Shown here piece after piece: positions 48,892 through 59,110 of a DNA stretch of 64,000 bases. The stretch's first letter is position 1. The number at the start of each line of letters is the position of its first letter. The stretch is from contig CAIOMD010000006.1 of the NCBI GenBank assembly GCA_903859365.1, positions 22,152-86,151 of the forward strand, in the 5' to 3' direction. This DNA comes from an uncultured Candidatus Saccharibacteria bacterium (GTDB lineage Bacteria; Patescibacteriota; Saccharimonadia; Saccharimonadales; CAIOMD01). The notes under the pieces are model-generated. The model searched no databases and was not told where the DNA came from. It worked only from the letters and a program-made list of their open reading frames with translations. The position numbers and the translations under genes were made by a program.

Positions 48892-49587
48892 TTATTTGAG
48901 ATCTGAGGCATAACCAGGGAAATAATCAAAACGGACATGGATGTCGTCAACACCTATTTCTTTGATTGTCTGCTTAAGCGCTTCAACCATAGGTTCGGGT
49001 CCTGAAACAAAATAGGTAGGACTAGTGAAACGGTGCCCGCTTTTTATTAAATCATCTTTAGTGATAAATCTATCACCGTAGAAATATTCGATATGAAGAC
49101 CTGGATTCGAAGCCTTAATTAATTCAAGTTCATCTTTAAATGTTGTGAGCTCAGGGCTTCTATTTGCATAGAGCAGGGTAATGTTCATAGGAATAGAGCG
49201 ACTGATGAGATCTTTTAGTATCGCCCTAAAAGGAGTTATGCCAATTCCCCCAGCTACAAAAATAATACTATCTGGGCTCGAATCTAATACAAAATCTCCT
49301 TCTGGGGTATCCGCGATAATTTCTTCACCTGGCTGCATAGCCAAAAGGGCTTTTTTAAAACTGCTGCCTTTTTCACTAGTAAATCGAGTGGTGAGATGAA
49401 TATCTTTTTCTTCTGGAGCAGATGAAATCGTAAACCAACGTTCATCACCCCGATTGTCCATTGGTTCGTGAGGCAGGGTATAATGAATAAACTGTCCAGC
49501 GCTCCATTTCAAATTATTTTCGTTAGCAAAAACAAACGTAAAGCAATCTTCATGTTCTTTTATTTTTCTAACGAGCCGAAGTTTCAT
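48892..49587 (-). CDS. FNR-like oxidoreductase (FAD-binding + NAD(P)-binding)
   Basis: 'RWFTISS' (RxYS-type FAD site) and 'GGIGITPF'. 231 aa. Confidence 0.7.
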   Translation of the reverse strand: MKLRLVRKIKEHEDCFTFVFANENNLKWSAGQFIHYTLPHEPMDNRGDERWFTISSAPEEKDIHLTTRFTSEKGSSFKKALLAMQPGEEIIADTPEGDFVLDSSPDSIIFVAGGIGITPFRAILKDLISRSIPMNITLLYANRSPELTTFKDELELIKASNPGLHIEYFYGDRFITKDDLIKSGHRFTSPTYFVSGPEPMVEALKQTIKEIGVDDIHVRFDYFPGYASDLK

Positions 49588-49590
49588 AAT

Positions 49591-50508
49591 TTATAAAACT
49601 CGGTACTGATCTTCACCATTTTTGAGCATATTTATAATTGAAGTTACGCCCATGTCACTGGCAATTTTATTTGCCATCATCGTGTTATACGCCGAGTGAT
49701 CATTAGGACTAAACCATGTGCTCAGTGGTAATTTGGTAAATGCTTCATTTGGTGCAGGGCAATCTACGGCAGCACGAAGTGTTCCTGCCTGAAGACGAGC
49801 GAGCAGTGGTTCAAAATCAATCACACTTGGGGAAACGCTTACCAGTAGTGCATCTTGCTTAATTTGATTAATAGTATCGGTATTAAATAATTTTCCAGCG
49901 CTATCAGGAATGGCGACAAAGATAATATCTGACTTAGAGCATAAATTTTCAAGCGATGAATAGTGAGCATTCATACCTTCTTTTTCACTGCGGCTATAAT
50001 AAAGCACTTCTTGAGGAGCAAATGCATTAACCATGGTTGCAATTTTGCTGCCAATATTTCCGGAACCGACAATCCCAATTGTTGAACCTTGCAGTGAGCG
50101 GGTAGATTCAAACTTTTTCTCACCCGTTCGACCAAGCTCGTAAAGATTTCGCTGCATCGACAATCCTACCGCAAGTGCAAATTCAGCTACCGCATAAGCA
50201 TTTGCACCAGGCGCATCAGCAATCATGATTCCTTTTGCTTGAGCAGTTTTCCATCCGGGAATAAACGCTTGGTAATCAGCGCCAGTGAAGGAAATAGCTT
50301 TAAGTGTATCAGTTGAAGCCAGTACTTCATCTGTAACGGTCTCTATACCACCAAGAATATAGCCAACCTTACCCTTAAGCGCTTCAATGAGTTGCTCACT
50401 TGTTGCAGTTGGCGTATCAAGCCGTTCAACTTCATACCCTGCATCGGCTAATTGTTTGATATGCTCGTCAAAAATAAATAATGAATCGGTGACTAATATT
50501 TTTTCCAT
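49591..50508 (-). CDS. D-isomer-specific 2-hydroxyacid dehydrogenase
   Basis: Rossmann motif 'GIVGSGNIGSKIA'. 305 aa. Confidence 0.8.
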   Translation of the reverse strand: MEKILVTDSLFIFDEHIKQLADAGYEVERLDTPTATSEQLIEALKGKVGYILGGIETVTDEVLASTDTLKAISFTGADYQAFIPGWKTAQAKGIMIADAPGANAYAVAEFALAVGLSMQRNLYELGRTGEKKFESTRSLQGSTIGIVGSGNIGSKIATMVNAFAPQEVLYYSRSEKEGMNAHYSSLENLCSKSDIIFVAIPDSAGKLFNTDTINQIKQDALLVSVSPSVIDFEPLLARLQAGTLRAAVDCPAPNEAFTKLPLSTWFSPNDHSAYNTMMANKIASDMGVTSIINMLKNGEDQYRVL

Positions 50509-50554
50509 ATTCTCAGTATTTTACTGCACTCAATAATAAAAGTATAGCGACGTT

Positions 50555-50752
50555 TTACCATGTTGTACTGAGGTTCGCAGTCGCTGTTTGCCACGTGGAT
50601 TGCTGAAGAATTTCATTACCATTAGCAGTCTTCGGTTTGTTGACTACATAAATAAGTGCACCAACCCCTAAAAAGAAAACGACTAAACCACTGAAGAGAA
50701 ATAGTTTAGTTCTGGTTGTCTGTCGGTAATTAGTTTTGTTATTGTGATACAT
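50555..50752 (-). CDS. small membrane protein (65 aa)
   Basis: A single TM helix. Confidence 0.4.
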   Translation of the reverse strand: MYHNNKTNYRQTTRTKLFLFSGLVVFFLGVGALIYVVNKPKTANGNEILQQSTWQTATANLSTTW

Positions 50753-50772
50753 TTAAAACTCCGAGCGGTGCA

Positions 50773-51060
50773 TTACTTTTTACGTTTATGTAAAAGATCC
50801 GATGAAGCAGAAAATAGCTTGAAAAGCGGCCCAGTTTTTTTCATAAGTTCCGATAGTTGAGATGCCTTATGAGTAAATTCTTCGATATTAGTGGCTGCTC
50901 TCATGATGGAACGCTGTAATTTAATAAAATTAACAAGAACAATTATTCCCAGGACTAAAAAGACAAAAAGAGCACTACTTAAAAATATAAGTAATATTTT
51001 TTCTGTACCATTAAGCCCCTGCATACTATTGACTATATACCTGAACTTAGCCCTCAACAA
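50773..51060 (-). CDS. small membrane protein (95 aa)
   Basis: A single TM helix with a charged tail. Confidence 0.4.
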   Translation of the reverse strand: MLRAKFRYIVNSMQGLNGTEKILLIFLSSALFVFLVLGIIVLVNFIKLQRSIMRAATNIEEFTHKASQLSELMKKTGPLFKLFSASSDLLHKRKK

Positions 51061-51132
51061 TGCCTATTGAAAAAAAATCCTGCTCGCTATACGCTTAATT
51101 TTAATAAATAAAATCAGATGCACTGAGGAATT

Positions 51133-51939
51133 ATGAGTGAAACATTACAAAATGGAGTTACAGAAAACCATAAATTAGATAGTTTTGATTACGAGAAAAT
51201 CCTACTCCTAAGGGAACAGCTATTTGACATGGTTCCCGCAGCTCTTGAGGGGTATAACAGATTACTTTCACTTTTACCTGGTGACAAATTTAATCAATGC
51301 GAGATGAACGAGGAAGAGCTCGCCACCGAATTTAACAAATGGCTTACTATTGAAAAGCTGGATTTCATTAAGTCGGCGCAGGAATTTAAACCTACTGTTG
51401 AATACCAGCTTGTTGCTTCGCCCAATGTCAGCATCAATAGAATAGATCTCCATAGAGTATCCCAAACATTTTGTCTTAAACACAACCTTGAGCTACGGAG
51501 TGATATGGCAGATTATTCTCCAAATCAATTAGGTGGAAATGATAGAAATAGAATCAATCCTAAAAAGATAAAGCTCCTTCTTATTCCAAGTAACATGACC
51601 ACCAAGATTGAAGGAGATATTTCGGATCAAAAGAAGGCTTTAGACCGCTACCAACAAGAAATTCCATTCCTAACGCTGCCAAGCCCCCTACAGTTTCTAG
51701 CATACCTCGAAACTCTCTACACCTTAGAATCATCAACATTAATGAAAAAAAATAGCTTAATCGCGGCTCCTCATATAGACCTGCCTTATGCAAATAGTGG
51801 TACAATGAAAAAACCTCACTATACCTCGGCAATAAGCTTTCTCGAAGGAGATCGACTACATCAGCTCCAAGTACCCGTTAACAACAATTTGTACACAAAA
51901 AGATTACGAATTGCTATAGGTGATTCCTTACCCTTATAA
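51133..51939 (+). CDS. hypothetical protein
   Basis: 268-aa ORF, unrecognised. Confidence 0.4.
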   Translation: MSETLQNGVTENHKLDSFDYEKILLLREQLFDMVPAALEGYNRLLSLLPGDKFNQCEMNEEELATEFNKWLTIEKLDFIKSAQEFKPTVEYQLVASPNVSINRIDLHRVSQTFCLKHNLELRSDMADYSPNQLGGNDRNRINPKKIKLLLIPSNMTTKIEGDISDQKKALDRYQQEIPFLTLPSPLQFLAYLETLYTLESSTLMKKNSLIAAPHIDLPYANSGTMKKPHYTSAISFLEGDRLHQLQVPVNNNLYTKRLRIAIGDSLPL

Positions 51940-51943
51940 TTTC

Positions 51944-52028
51944 TTTTTGTTTTCATATGCTTAAGGTATAATACTGCTAATGGTAATAGTTTAGTGGTAC
52001 TTAAATATGTCTAAATAACGAGGAAACA
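51944..52028 (+). promoter_or_regulatory. putative promoter and ribosome-binding site of the chemoreceptor gene
   Basis: Perfect TATAAT at 51967-51972 with a weak T-rich -35. A GAGGAAA ribosome-binding site lies 7 nt before the ATG at 52029. Confidence 0.35.
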
Positions 52029-54011
52029 ATGAAAAATAATTCGTGGGCAACAAAAATAAAAAATGCTAAATTTCAAACAAGAGTAATCATCGCTTCGCTG
52101 GCGATATCGCTTATTCCGCTGGTACTTCTTTTTGCATACCTTATCTCTCAGTTTAACAACACACTACTTAATAACTCTAAAAGTAGCCTCAACTCAAACA
52201 CACTGATTGCTGTAACAGAAACCAAAACCTATATGCAGGGAGTCATCAATCTCACTGCAGCAACAGCAGATAATGCGCTACTCACAACGAAAAGTCCTTT
52301 GATTAATGAAAGTCTTAAAAGTACGGTAGATAGTTCGAATATATTCAATGCAATAAACGTTTACGACAAAAACGGTCAGCCGATCGGTAATAGTGATCCG
52401 GTAGGTGATGGGGGTAAAACATACCAAAGCTACTATAGCCAAACTGATGCAAATGAGAATGTCTTCAAACAAGCATTAACAGCATCGAATGGTGCAGTCT
52501 ATATTTCAAATGCCTACCCTGGTGACACAGGACCTGCCTTTCTCGCTGAAACTCCTTTTATTGATTTAAATGGTAACGTCGCTGGGGTGCTCGTAGGAGA
52601 GGTCAAAACATCTAGTTTTGATGATCTAATAACTGGTGTAGATAGTCAGCTTTTGGGAAACAAGCATGTTCGAATCGTAGACACAAGCGGTCAGGTACTA
52701 CTTTCAAAATTATCTTCAGAAAAAGCATTTACAGCATACGCAGAAATCAAAAACTCTTCAGTATTATCATCAGCAATCGCCAACTCAAGCACGTCAGGAA
52801 TAACGCAGTACAAAGATAGCACAGGAGTTCAAGTTATTTCAGGATACGCAAATTTAGGAAAATATGGTGCTAATAACGCACTTGGCTGGACAATGATTAC
52901 AACCGAACCCACTTCGGCAGTCCTAGCGCCTGCTACCAAGCTTACAACGACCGCACTCAGCATACTTGCGGGAGTTGTCGTTGTTATTGCTGTTATTGCC
53001 TATTTCCTAAGTCGCAGCATATCTGGAATGATCCTCAACCCAATCAGAGGGGCTATTAATCGAATTACGGAAATTAGCCACACGCTCGCTGCGACTGCGC
53101 AACAAGCTTCAAGTGCTTCAATTCAAAACGCAACAGTATCCAAGCAAATTGCCAGTGGGGCATTAGAACAATCTAATCAAGCACAGCAAGCTGCCAAGTC
53201 GGTGAGTGAACTATCAGGAACTATCGAACAGGTTTCAGCAGCCGCCCAAGAAGCTGCTGCAACGGCAATTACGACATCCAAGATTTCTCAAAACGCTGGA
53301 ATCTCATCAGAAAAAATTGGTACTGCAGTGGACGCAATTACTAATGTATCAGAACAAACGAATCTATTAGCGCTGAACGCTGCAATTGAAGCCGCCCGAG
53401 CGGGTGATGCAGGTCGTGGCTTTGCAGTCGTCGCCGATGAAGTTCGTAAGCTTGCAGAAGGATCAGCTAAAAGCGCAGATAATATTAGGCAAATAGTTGA
53501 AGAAATAAATACATCAAGCGTCAATGCCGCACAAGCTGCCCAAGAAACTTCAATGAAAATTCAACAACTTTCTCAAGGGACAATAAAACAGGTTGTTACT
53601 ATGACAAATATTAACTCCAATGTTAGAGCGATATCCAATGTTGCTAATCAAAGTGCTGCCGGCGTTCAGCAATTATCGGCTTCAATCGAGCAACAGGCGG
53701 CGTCTAATCAACAAGTGGCGGCATCAGCAAATGAACTCGCAGCTCTTTCTGCAAGCCTTCAAAAACTAGCTGGCGAACGAGTTGAAGAAATACTTAGCAG
53801 TAACCGCCGTAAAGAGTCGAAGCTAAGAGAGGATTCGATTGATGATTTCCAACAACGACACCAGGAAATCTCTGAACATATACAGCCTGAGCACGAAGAA
53901 AAGAAAGAAGAAATGCTTGATTTACCTCCACTTCCTGAACTTATGAACACGTCTGAATCCAGCGAAAATTCTAAAGAAAATCAGGCTGATACCAAAGGAC
54001 CAAACGATTAA
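52029..54011 (+). CDS. methyl-accepting chemotaxis protein with periplasmic Cache-like sensor
   Basis: Two TM segments flank a roughly 260-aa periplasmic domain. Signalling-domain core '[32 protein letters not shown]'. Confidence 0.9.
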   Translation: MKNNSWATKIKNAKFQTRVIIASLAISLIPLVLLFAYLISQFNNTLLNNSKSSLNSNTLIAVTETKTYMQGVINLTAATADNALLTTKSPLINESLKSTVDSSNIFNAINVYDKNGQPIGNSDPVGDGGKTYQSYYSQTDANENVFKQALTASNGAVYISNAYPGDTGPAFLAETPFIDLNGNVAGVLVGEVKTSSFDDLITGVDSQLLGNKHVRIVDTSGQVLLSKLSSEKAFTAYAEIKNSSVLSSAIANSSTSGITQYKDSTGVQVISGYANLGKYGANNALGWTMITTEPTSAVLAPATKLTTTALSILAGVVVVIAVIAYFLSRSISGMILNPIRGAINRITEISHTLAATAQQASSASIQNATVSKQIASGALEQSNQAQQAAKSVSELSGTIEQVSAAAQEAAATAITTSKISQNAGISSEKIGTAVDAITNVSEQTNLLALNAAIEAARAGDAGRGFAVVADEVRKLAEGSAKSADNIRQIVEEINTSSVNAAQAAQETSMKIQQLSQGTIKQVVTMTNINSNVRAISNVANQSAAGVQQLSASIEQQAASNQQVAASANELAALSASLQKLAGERVEEILSSNRRKESKLREDSIDDFQQRHQEISEHIQPEHEEKKEEMLDLPPLPELMNTSESSENSKENQADTKGPND

Positions 54012-54018
54012 TAACACT

Positions 54019-54564
54019 ATGCAAGACGAAACTAAAATTCAAGTGAAGATGACCCAAGTTGTTGTCTTTAAGGTAGGTGCGGAAACGTTTGCGGCTAATA
54101 TTCACTCAATTAGAGAAATCGTAAAGGTTGAAACCATTACTCCAGTTCCCAATAGCAGTAGTTATATTTCAGGAATTATAAATATACGAGGCAAGATTAT
54201 TCCAATTATTGATCTCGAAGCTATCCTTGGTATTGGCAATAAGGATGATCCAAGGCCCTATATTATTCTTATCGATGCCCCCGGAAATGAAGAAGAAATA
54301 GTCGGTATGCTTGTGACGGATATCCAAGAGATCACTTCTTATGCTGAAAGCGAATTTAAAACGGCACCCAAACTCATTAAATCAAAAGTAGATGCTGAGT
54401 ATATTTCAGGTGTTATTCTTCCAGAAGACGATGAAGATAAAGATGATGTACTTTTATTCCTTAATTTGGAGGCTATTATTACTAAGTCAGTGCAAAAAGA
54501 AATTGATCAGGTAACATCAACAAAAACAAATGATACTATAGCTAAAGAGGAGCCAATACAATGA
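54019..54564 (+). CDS. cheW: chemotaxis coupling protein CheW
   Basis: CheW-like domain ('FAANIHSIREIV', 'IRGKIIPIIDL'). Confidence 0.8.
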   Translation: MQDETKIQVKMTQVVVFKVGAETFAANIHSIREIVKVETITPVPNSSSYISGIINIRGKIIPIIDLEAILGIGNKDDPRPYIILIDAPGNEEEIVGMLVTDIQEITSYAESEFKTAPKLIKSKVDAEYISGVILPEDDEDKDDVLLFLNLEAIITKSVQKEIDQVTSTKTNDTIAKEEPIQ

Positions 54565-54914
54565 AGATTTTAATCGTCGACGACAGTGCATTCATGCGTA
54601 CCATTCTTAAAAATATAATTCTAAAAAGTAAATACAGTGGTGCAGAAATTGATGAGGCGGTAGACGGAAACGATGCAATTCAAAAATTTAACGATATGCA
54701 GCCCGATGTTATGCTACTAGATATTATTATGCCTGGGAAAGATGGCATCGAAGTACTAAAAGAAATTGGTTCATCCGCAAAAGCGATTGCTATCATTTCA
54801 TCAGTTGATCAAAAAGAAATAATAGAAGAAGCTAAATCACTTGGGGCTCGCGGCTATCTAGTCAAACCTTACGATGCGACTGAAGTGATTGCAATGATTG
54901 ATACCTTATCGTAG
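54561..54914 (+). CDS. cheY: CheY-like response regulator (REC only)
   Basis: 'ILIVDDS', phospho-acceptor Asp in 'VMLLDIIMP', and the conserved Lys in 'YLVKP'. Confidence 0.85.
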   Translation: MKILIVDDSAFMRTILKNIILKSKYSGAEIDEAVDGNDAIQKFNDMQPDVMLLDIIMPGKDGIEVLKEIGSSAKAIAIISSVDQKEIIEEAKSLGARGYLVKPYDATEVIAMIDTLS

Positions 54915-54929
54915 GAGCCATCGACTTAC

Positions 54930-55550
54930 ATGGCAACCTTTAGCACCATATCAAGACAATCAAGTGACCTGCGTCCAACTAAAGCGATTGTTATTGGTTC
55001 TTCTACTGGAGGACCGAATGCGCTCACGGCAATTTTTGAAAAGCTAAAAGAAGCTTCTGTGCCAACTATTTTTATAGCCCAACATATGCTTGCAAATTTT
55101 TTACCAGATTTTGTGAAACTTCTAAAATCCAAATTCGACATGAACATTCAGCTCGGTTCAGAAAATCTAGTTGTTGAGGAGGGAGTCATCTACATCGCTC
55201 CAGGGGATGGAGATATGGAGGTCGTAGAGGATGAAACAGGGATGCTTCGACTCCATCTTTTAAAATCTAACAATTCACTAACTCCTTCGATCGATGTACT
55301 GATGAAATCTGTGGCAAAAATATTTGGCGAGAAAACGCTTGGAATTATTCTTACCGGAATGGGGGATGATGGGCTTGAGGGTATGCGAGCCCTAAAACAA
55401 TTTGGAGGTCATACTATTGCGCAAGATCAAATCACTGCCGAAATACCGAGTATGCCACATGCCATTATTGCTGGTCACTTAGCTGATCAATCACTTACTC
55501 TTAAAGAAATTCCTGATGCAATACGTCTATGGAGCATGGCAAATGAATAG
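54930..55550 (+). CDS. cheB: protein-glutamate methylesterase CheB, catalytic domain only (no REC)
   Basis: 'AIVIGSSTGGP' (Ser), a conserved His, and 'GMGDDG' (Asp). 206 aa. Confidence 0.8.
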   Translation: MATFSTISRQSSDLRPTKAIVIGSSTGGPNALTAIFEKLKEASVPTIFIAQHMLANFLPDFVKLLKSKFDMNIQLGSENLVVEEGVIYIAPGDGDMEVVEDETGMLRLHLLKSNNSLTPSIDVLMKSVAKIFGEKTLGIILTGMGDDGLEGMRALKQFGGHTIAQDQITAEIPSMPHAIIAGHLADQSLTLKEIPDAIRLWSMANE

Positions 55551-57165
55551 CGACGAAATAGCTCAGTACAAAGACCTATTTGTTACAACAGCTAAGAAAT
55601 ATCTGGAAACGCTCAATACTCAACTGCTTGTACTTGAAAAAGAGCCTGATAACAAAGATGCAGTTACTGAAATATTTCGCGCTGCCCATTCCCTCAAGGG
55701 ACAAAGTGCAGCCATGGGCTTTAATGAAACTGGCTATTTATGTCATGTTGTGGAAGATGTCTTTTATGAAATAAAGGAAAACGGTAAAAAAGTTGACGCC
55801 GCGCTTGCTGATCTTTTATTTGCATCATTAGATGCCTTAACCGCATCTATCCAAAAAATTGAATCTGAAGGTACAGAACAAGGCAACAAAGAGCTGGTTG
55901 AGGAACTAAAAAAGATAGCGGGAGTCTCGACTGTTGGTGCTGGTAAAACTGATCATTCCGAGTCACAAAAAGTACCCGCTCCTATTGCTGAGGTAAGCCA
56001 GGAACCAAAAGCAACTGAAGCACCCAAAACAGAAGCAACAGTCACACCAGCCAAGCCTGTGTACCAAGAGACGAATCCCATCAAACTATCTATCAAAACG
56101 ATTCCAGTAAAGGTTGAACAACTCGATAATATCGTCGGATCTTTAGAAGAATTAATGGTCGATCGGCTTACTATGCAAACACTCCTAAAACATTTAGACG
56201 ATCCTGCCCTTATGCAGGCACAAGATAAATTAGACAAAGTTATTGAAGTCATCCGATTTCAAATTATGAAAATTCGTACTGTACCGCTCAGCATGGTGTT
56301 TGATCATTTTCCTCGAACGGTACGAGATATTGGCCGAATGTTACATAAAGATATTGAACTAAAGATTGAAGGGGGTGACCTTGAGCTTGATAGAACAATT
56401 GTCGAACGGCTTGATGAACCACTAACGCATCTCGTTCGAAATGCCGCAGACCATGGAATTGGAGAAAAAGGCATAATCACCATTGCTGCACGAGCAGATC
56501 GAGATTTTGCTGTTGTTGAAGTGAAAGACAACGGTAATGGAATTAATTGGGAAGCAGTCGCACGCAAGACTGGCGTTAGCATAAATGATCAAGTTGGTCT
56601 TCGTAAGGCTCTTTTTTCTGGTATTTCAACAGCAGCTGAAGTGAGCCTAATTTCTGGACGAGGCGTGGGACTTGAAGTCGTCAAAAAAACGATAGAAGAA
56701 TTTGGCGGCTCAATTGATATCGTTACAGCAAAAGGTACGGGAACGAGTTTTGTGCTAAAACTACCCCTGATGGTTTCTGTTGTCAGGACGCTCATAGTCA
56801 GAATTGGATCTCAAGATTATGCGCTGGTTGCAGCAGGCGTCGAAATATCTTTAAGGATATCCGATATTGAGATAATAAACAGTGCGGGACAAGAAGCATT
56901 TCGCTACAAGGATCAAGAAATTCCTGTCGTACGATTTAATTACGTTGAAAATCACGGAGAGGCAAGCAAGAATGCGTACCTTGTCATACTAAATATTGAT
57001 GGGGATAAAATAGCGCTGGCTGTTGATGAAATTGTTTCAGCAATTGAAACGGTAATTAAGCCACTGCCGAAATTAATTAAAGATGTCGAGTACTTTTCTG
57101 GAGTCACCATAATAGGGGATGGCCGAAGTATTTTACTAATTAATCCAAGGAGCTTCATACAATAA
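55516..57165 (+). CDS. cheA: chemotaxis histidine kinase CheA (compact, no P2 domain)
   Basis: HPt domain 'FRAAHSLKGQSAAMGF', HATPase_c 'LVRNAADHGIG...GRGVGLEVV', and a C-terminal CheW-like domain. The likely start is 'MNSDE' at about 55543. Confidence 0.85.
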   Translation: MQYVYGAWQMNSDEIAQYKDLFVTTAKKYLETLNTQLLVLEKEPDNKDAVTEIFRAAHSLKGQSAAMGFNETGYLCHVVEDVFYEIKENGKKVDAALADLLFASLDALTASIQKIESEGTEQGNKELVEELKKIAGVSTVGAGKTDHSESQKVPAPIAEVSQEPKATEAPKTEATVTPAKPVYQETNPIKLSIKTIPVKVEQLDNIVGSLEELMVDRLTMQTLLKHLDDPALMQAQDKLDKVIEVIRFQIMKIRTVPLSMVFDHFPRTVRDIGRMLHKDIELKIEGGDLELDRTIVERLDEPLTHLVRNAADHGIGEKGIITIAARADRDFAVVEVKDNGNGINWEAVARKTGVSINDQVGLRKALFSGISTAAEVSLISGRGVGLEVVKKTIEEFGGSIDIVTAKGTGTSFVLKLPLMVSVVRTLIVRIGSQDYALVAAGVEISLRISDIEIINSAGQEAFRYKDQEIPVVRFNYVENHGEASKNAYLVILNIDGDKIALAVDEIVSAIETVIKPLPKLIKDVEYFSGVTIIGDGRSILLINPRSFIQ

Positions 57166-57749
57166 TGGAAACACTCGATTCATTTTCAAAAGACTTATTA
57201 AGAGAGACCGCCAATATTATGGCTCAAAAAACAGCGCACCCGATCGAAACTATTCTTCGACAAAAGACTGTCATAAGTAAACCTGAAATTATGATGCAAA
57301 AAATGGAATTCGTTGCTGATAGCCTTGGGCAAGCTGATGAAGTTCGCGACAGTGTTTTTATACGAATTTTAGGCGACGGCAAAGGGGCAGCAGTCTTGCT
57401 CATTAAACCAGAAGATTCGCAAAAGCTGCTGCTTGATGTAGATAAAGCTATGCGTATGGATGCACTGAGAGAAATAGCTAACATCGTAGCCGGTGCTTGC
57501 CTCGGCGGGATTGCACGACTACTATCTCTCAAGCTCATGCAAGCAGTTCCTGTTGCCACATCTGACATGTCACGGGCAATCGTAAATGAGATCGTGAGCG
57601 AAGTAGGCCTCACTAATGCTGATCTACTTTGTGCTCTCATCAATGTTGCTATTGGGCCAGAAAACATCCCTTTATCTATGGTATTTATTTTCGATACTGA
57701 TACGACCAATCTAATAATTTCAAAAAGCAAAGACATGACGAACCAGTAG
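57165..57749 (+). CDS. cheC: CheC-family CheY-P phosphatase-like protein
   Basis: E-x2-N-type motif 'LREIANIVAG'. 194 aa, in the operon position before cheD. Confidence 0.6.
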   Translation: METLDSFSKDLLRETANIMAQKTAHPIETILRQKTVISKPEIMMQKMEFVADSLGQADEVRDSVFIRILGDGKGAAVLLIKPEDSQKLLLDVDKAMRMDALREIANIVAGACLGGIARLLSLKLMQAVPVATSDMSRAIVNEIVSEVGLTNADLLCALINVAIGPENIPLSMVFIFDTDTTNLIISKSKDMTNQ

Positions 57750-57750
57750 T

Positions 57751-58254
57751 ATGGCGATAAATATTCAAGTACCAACAGCTGACTACGCTATTGCAAGCGC
57801 ACCTGATTCACTCTCAACTGTGGGTATTGGTTCGTGTATCGTCATTTGCTTGTATGCTCCAACCTCAAAAATGGGAGCCCTGCTGCACTGCATGCTACCA
57901 AGAGAAGAAAATGATTTGTCTAATTCGCTTAGAAATGTTGATACTGCAGTTAACCAAGTAGTGGAGCAATTTCTTGCAAAAAATATACAGCGTACAGATT
58001 TAATAGCAAAAATAGCTGGGGGTGCGCAGATGTTCAGTGGTACTGAAGATAATGGAACCAGTATAGGAAAAAGAAATATAGAAGAGACAAAACGGCTCCT
58101 TACAACACTCAAGATTCCAATCATGGGTGAAGAAATTGGTGGCACAAGAGCTCGTAGTCTTATTTTTGAACTTGAAACCGGAAAGGTGACAATTACAGTC
58201 GCGCAACTGAATTCAGAACAGTCATTTGACACTGAACTCACGAAAATACTATAA
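57751..58254 (+). CDS. cheD: chemoreceptor glutamine deamidase CheD
   Basis: 'VGIGSCIVICLY' with the catalytic Cys. 167 aa. Confidence 0.8.
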   Translation: MAINIQVPTADYAIASAPDSLSTVGIGSCIVICLYAPTSKMGALLHCMLPREENDLSNSLRNVDTAVNQVVEQFLAKNIQRTDLIAKIAGGAQMFSGTEDNGTSIGKRNIEETKRLLTTLKIPIMGEEIGGTRARSLIFELETGKVTITVAQLNSEQSFDTELTKIL

Positions 58255-58672
58255 TATGCTTATGACAAAAGTACTCGTAGTAGACGACTCAGAATTTTTT
58301 AGAGAAATTTATCAAACAGCATTAACGCAAGGTGGGTTTGAAGTTGAGACCGCTGAAAACGGTCAAGACGCTATGGATAAAATGCTAGCAAGTCCGCCAC
58401 ATCTCATTTTCCTAGATCTAGTGATGCCGGTGATGACTGGCGAAGAAGTATTGGCCGAAAAACAAAAGCATGAAGAACTCAAAAATATTCCTGTTGTTAT
58501 GTTAACGAGCATTGCGGCTGACGTTAAAGGCGCTGAAGTTATGAAAGCGGGACCAATTGTTGCCTACTTTACAAAGGACAAGACCTCAACTACCGATATC
58601 ATAAACAAAGCTAAGGAAGTTCTCGGTACTTCAGAGCAGCGTTTTGAACCAACCAAAATAGAAAGTATGTAG
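58226..58672 (+). CDS. REC-only response regulator (tandem paralog 1)
   Basis: 'VLVVDDSEFF', 'LIFLDLVMP' and 'AYFTKD'. The likely start is 'MTKVL' at 58262. Confidence 0.8.
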   Translation: MTLNSRKYYNMLMTKVLVVDDSEFFREIYQTALTQGGFEVETAENGQDAMDKMLASPPHLIFLDLVMPVMTGEEVLAEKQKHEELKNIPVVMLTSIAADVKGAEVMKAGPIVAYFTKDKTSTTDIINKAKEVLGTSEQRFEPTKIESM

Positions 58673-58677
58673 AGATA

Positions 58678-59082
58678 ATGAAGAAAAGAGTTTTAGTCAT
58701 AGATGATTCTGCTGACTTTAGGGAAATCTACGAAGATGCTATTTCAAACGCAGGGTTCAGTGTTGATACTGCCGCCAATGGAAAGGTTGGCCTTGATAAA
58801 ATGCTACTCGATAGACCAGATGTAATCCTAATTGATGTGAGGATGCCTGTTTTGTCTGGCGATGAAACGCTTGGGGAAATGCGAAAACATAAAGAACTCG
58901 ATAATATACCTGTCGTTGTTATGACGGTCATGCCAGCGGATGAAAAAGGCCAAGATGTTGCTACCGCTGGACCAATCGTTGCCTATATCACTAAAGATAC
59001 CGCCTCGCCAGATGACGTCATACATAAGATTAAAGAAGTGCTTGGGACATCCCAGCAACCGTATGACACTAAAAACGATTAA
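58678..59082 (+). CDS. REC-only response regulator (tandem paralog 2)
   Basis: 'VLVIDDSADF', 'VILIDVRMP' and 'AYITKD'. About 55% identical to paralog 1. Confidence 0.8.
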   Translation: MKKRVLVIDDSADFREIYEDAISNAGFSVDTAANGKVGLDKMLLDRPDVILIDVRMPVLSGDETLGEMRKHKELDNIPVVVMTVMPADEKGQDVATAGPIVAYITKDTASPDDVIHKIKEVLGTSQQPYDTKND

Positions 59083-59084
59083 TA

Positions 59085-59108
59085 AAACAAAGTAGCCAAA
59101 CTTTGTTT
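59085..59108 (+). terminator. AT-rich hairpin (weak terminator or attenuator candidate)
   Basis: AAACAAAG-(8 nt)-CTTTGTTT perfect inverted repeat between the response-regulator gene and zupT. No U-tract follows. Confidence 0.2.
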
Positions 59109-59110
59109 CA

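Noticed and set aside
57224-58241. 183-aa and 152-aa minus-strand ORFs antisense to cheC and cheD.
   Set aside because: The plus-strand genes carry CheC (ExxN) and CheD (GSCIV) motifs and fit the operon. The antisense ORFs are Ser/Arg-rich shadow frames.
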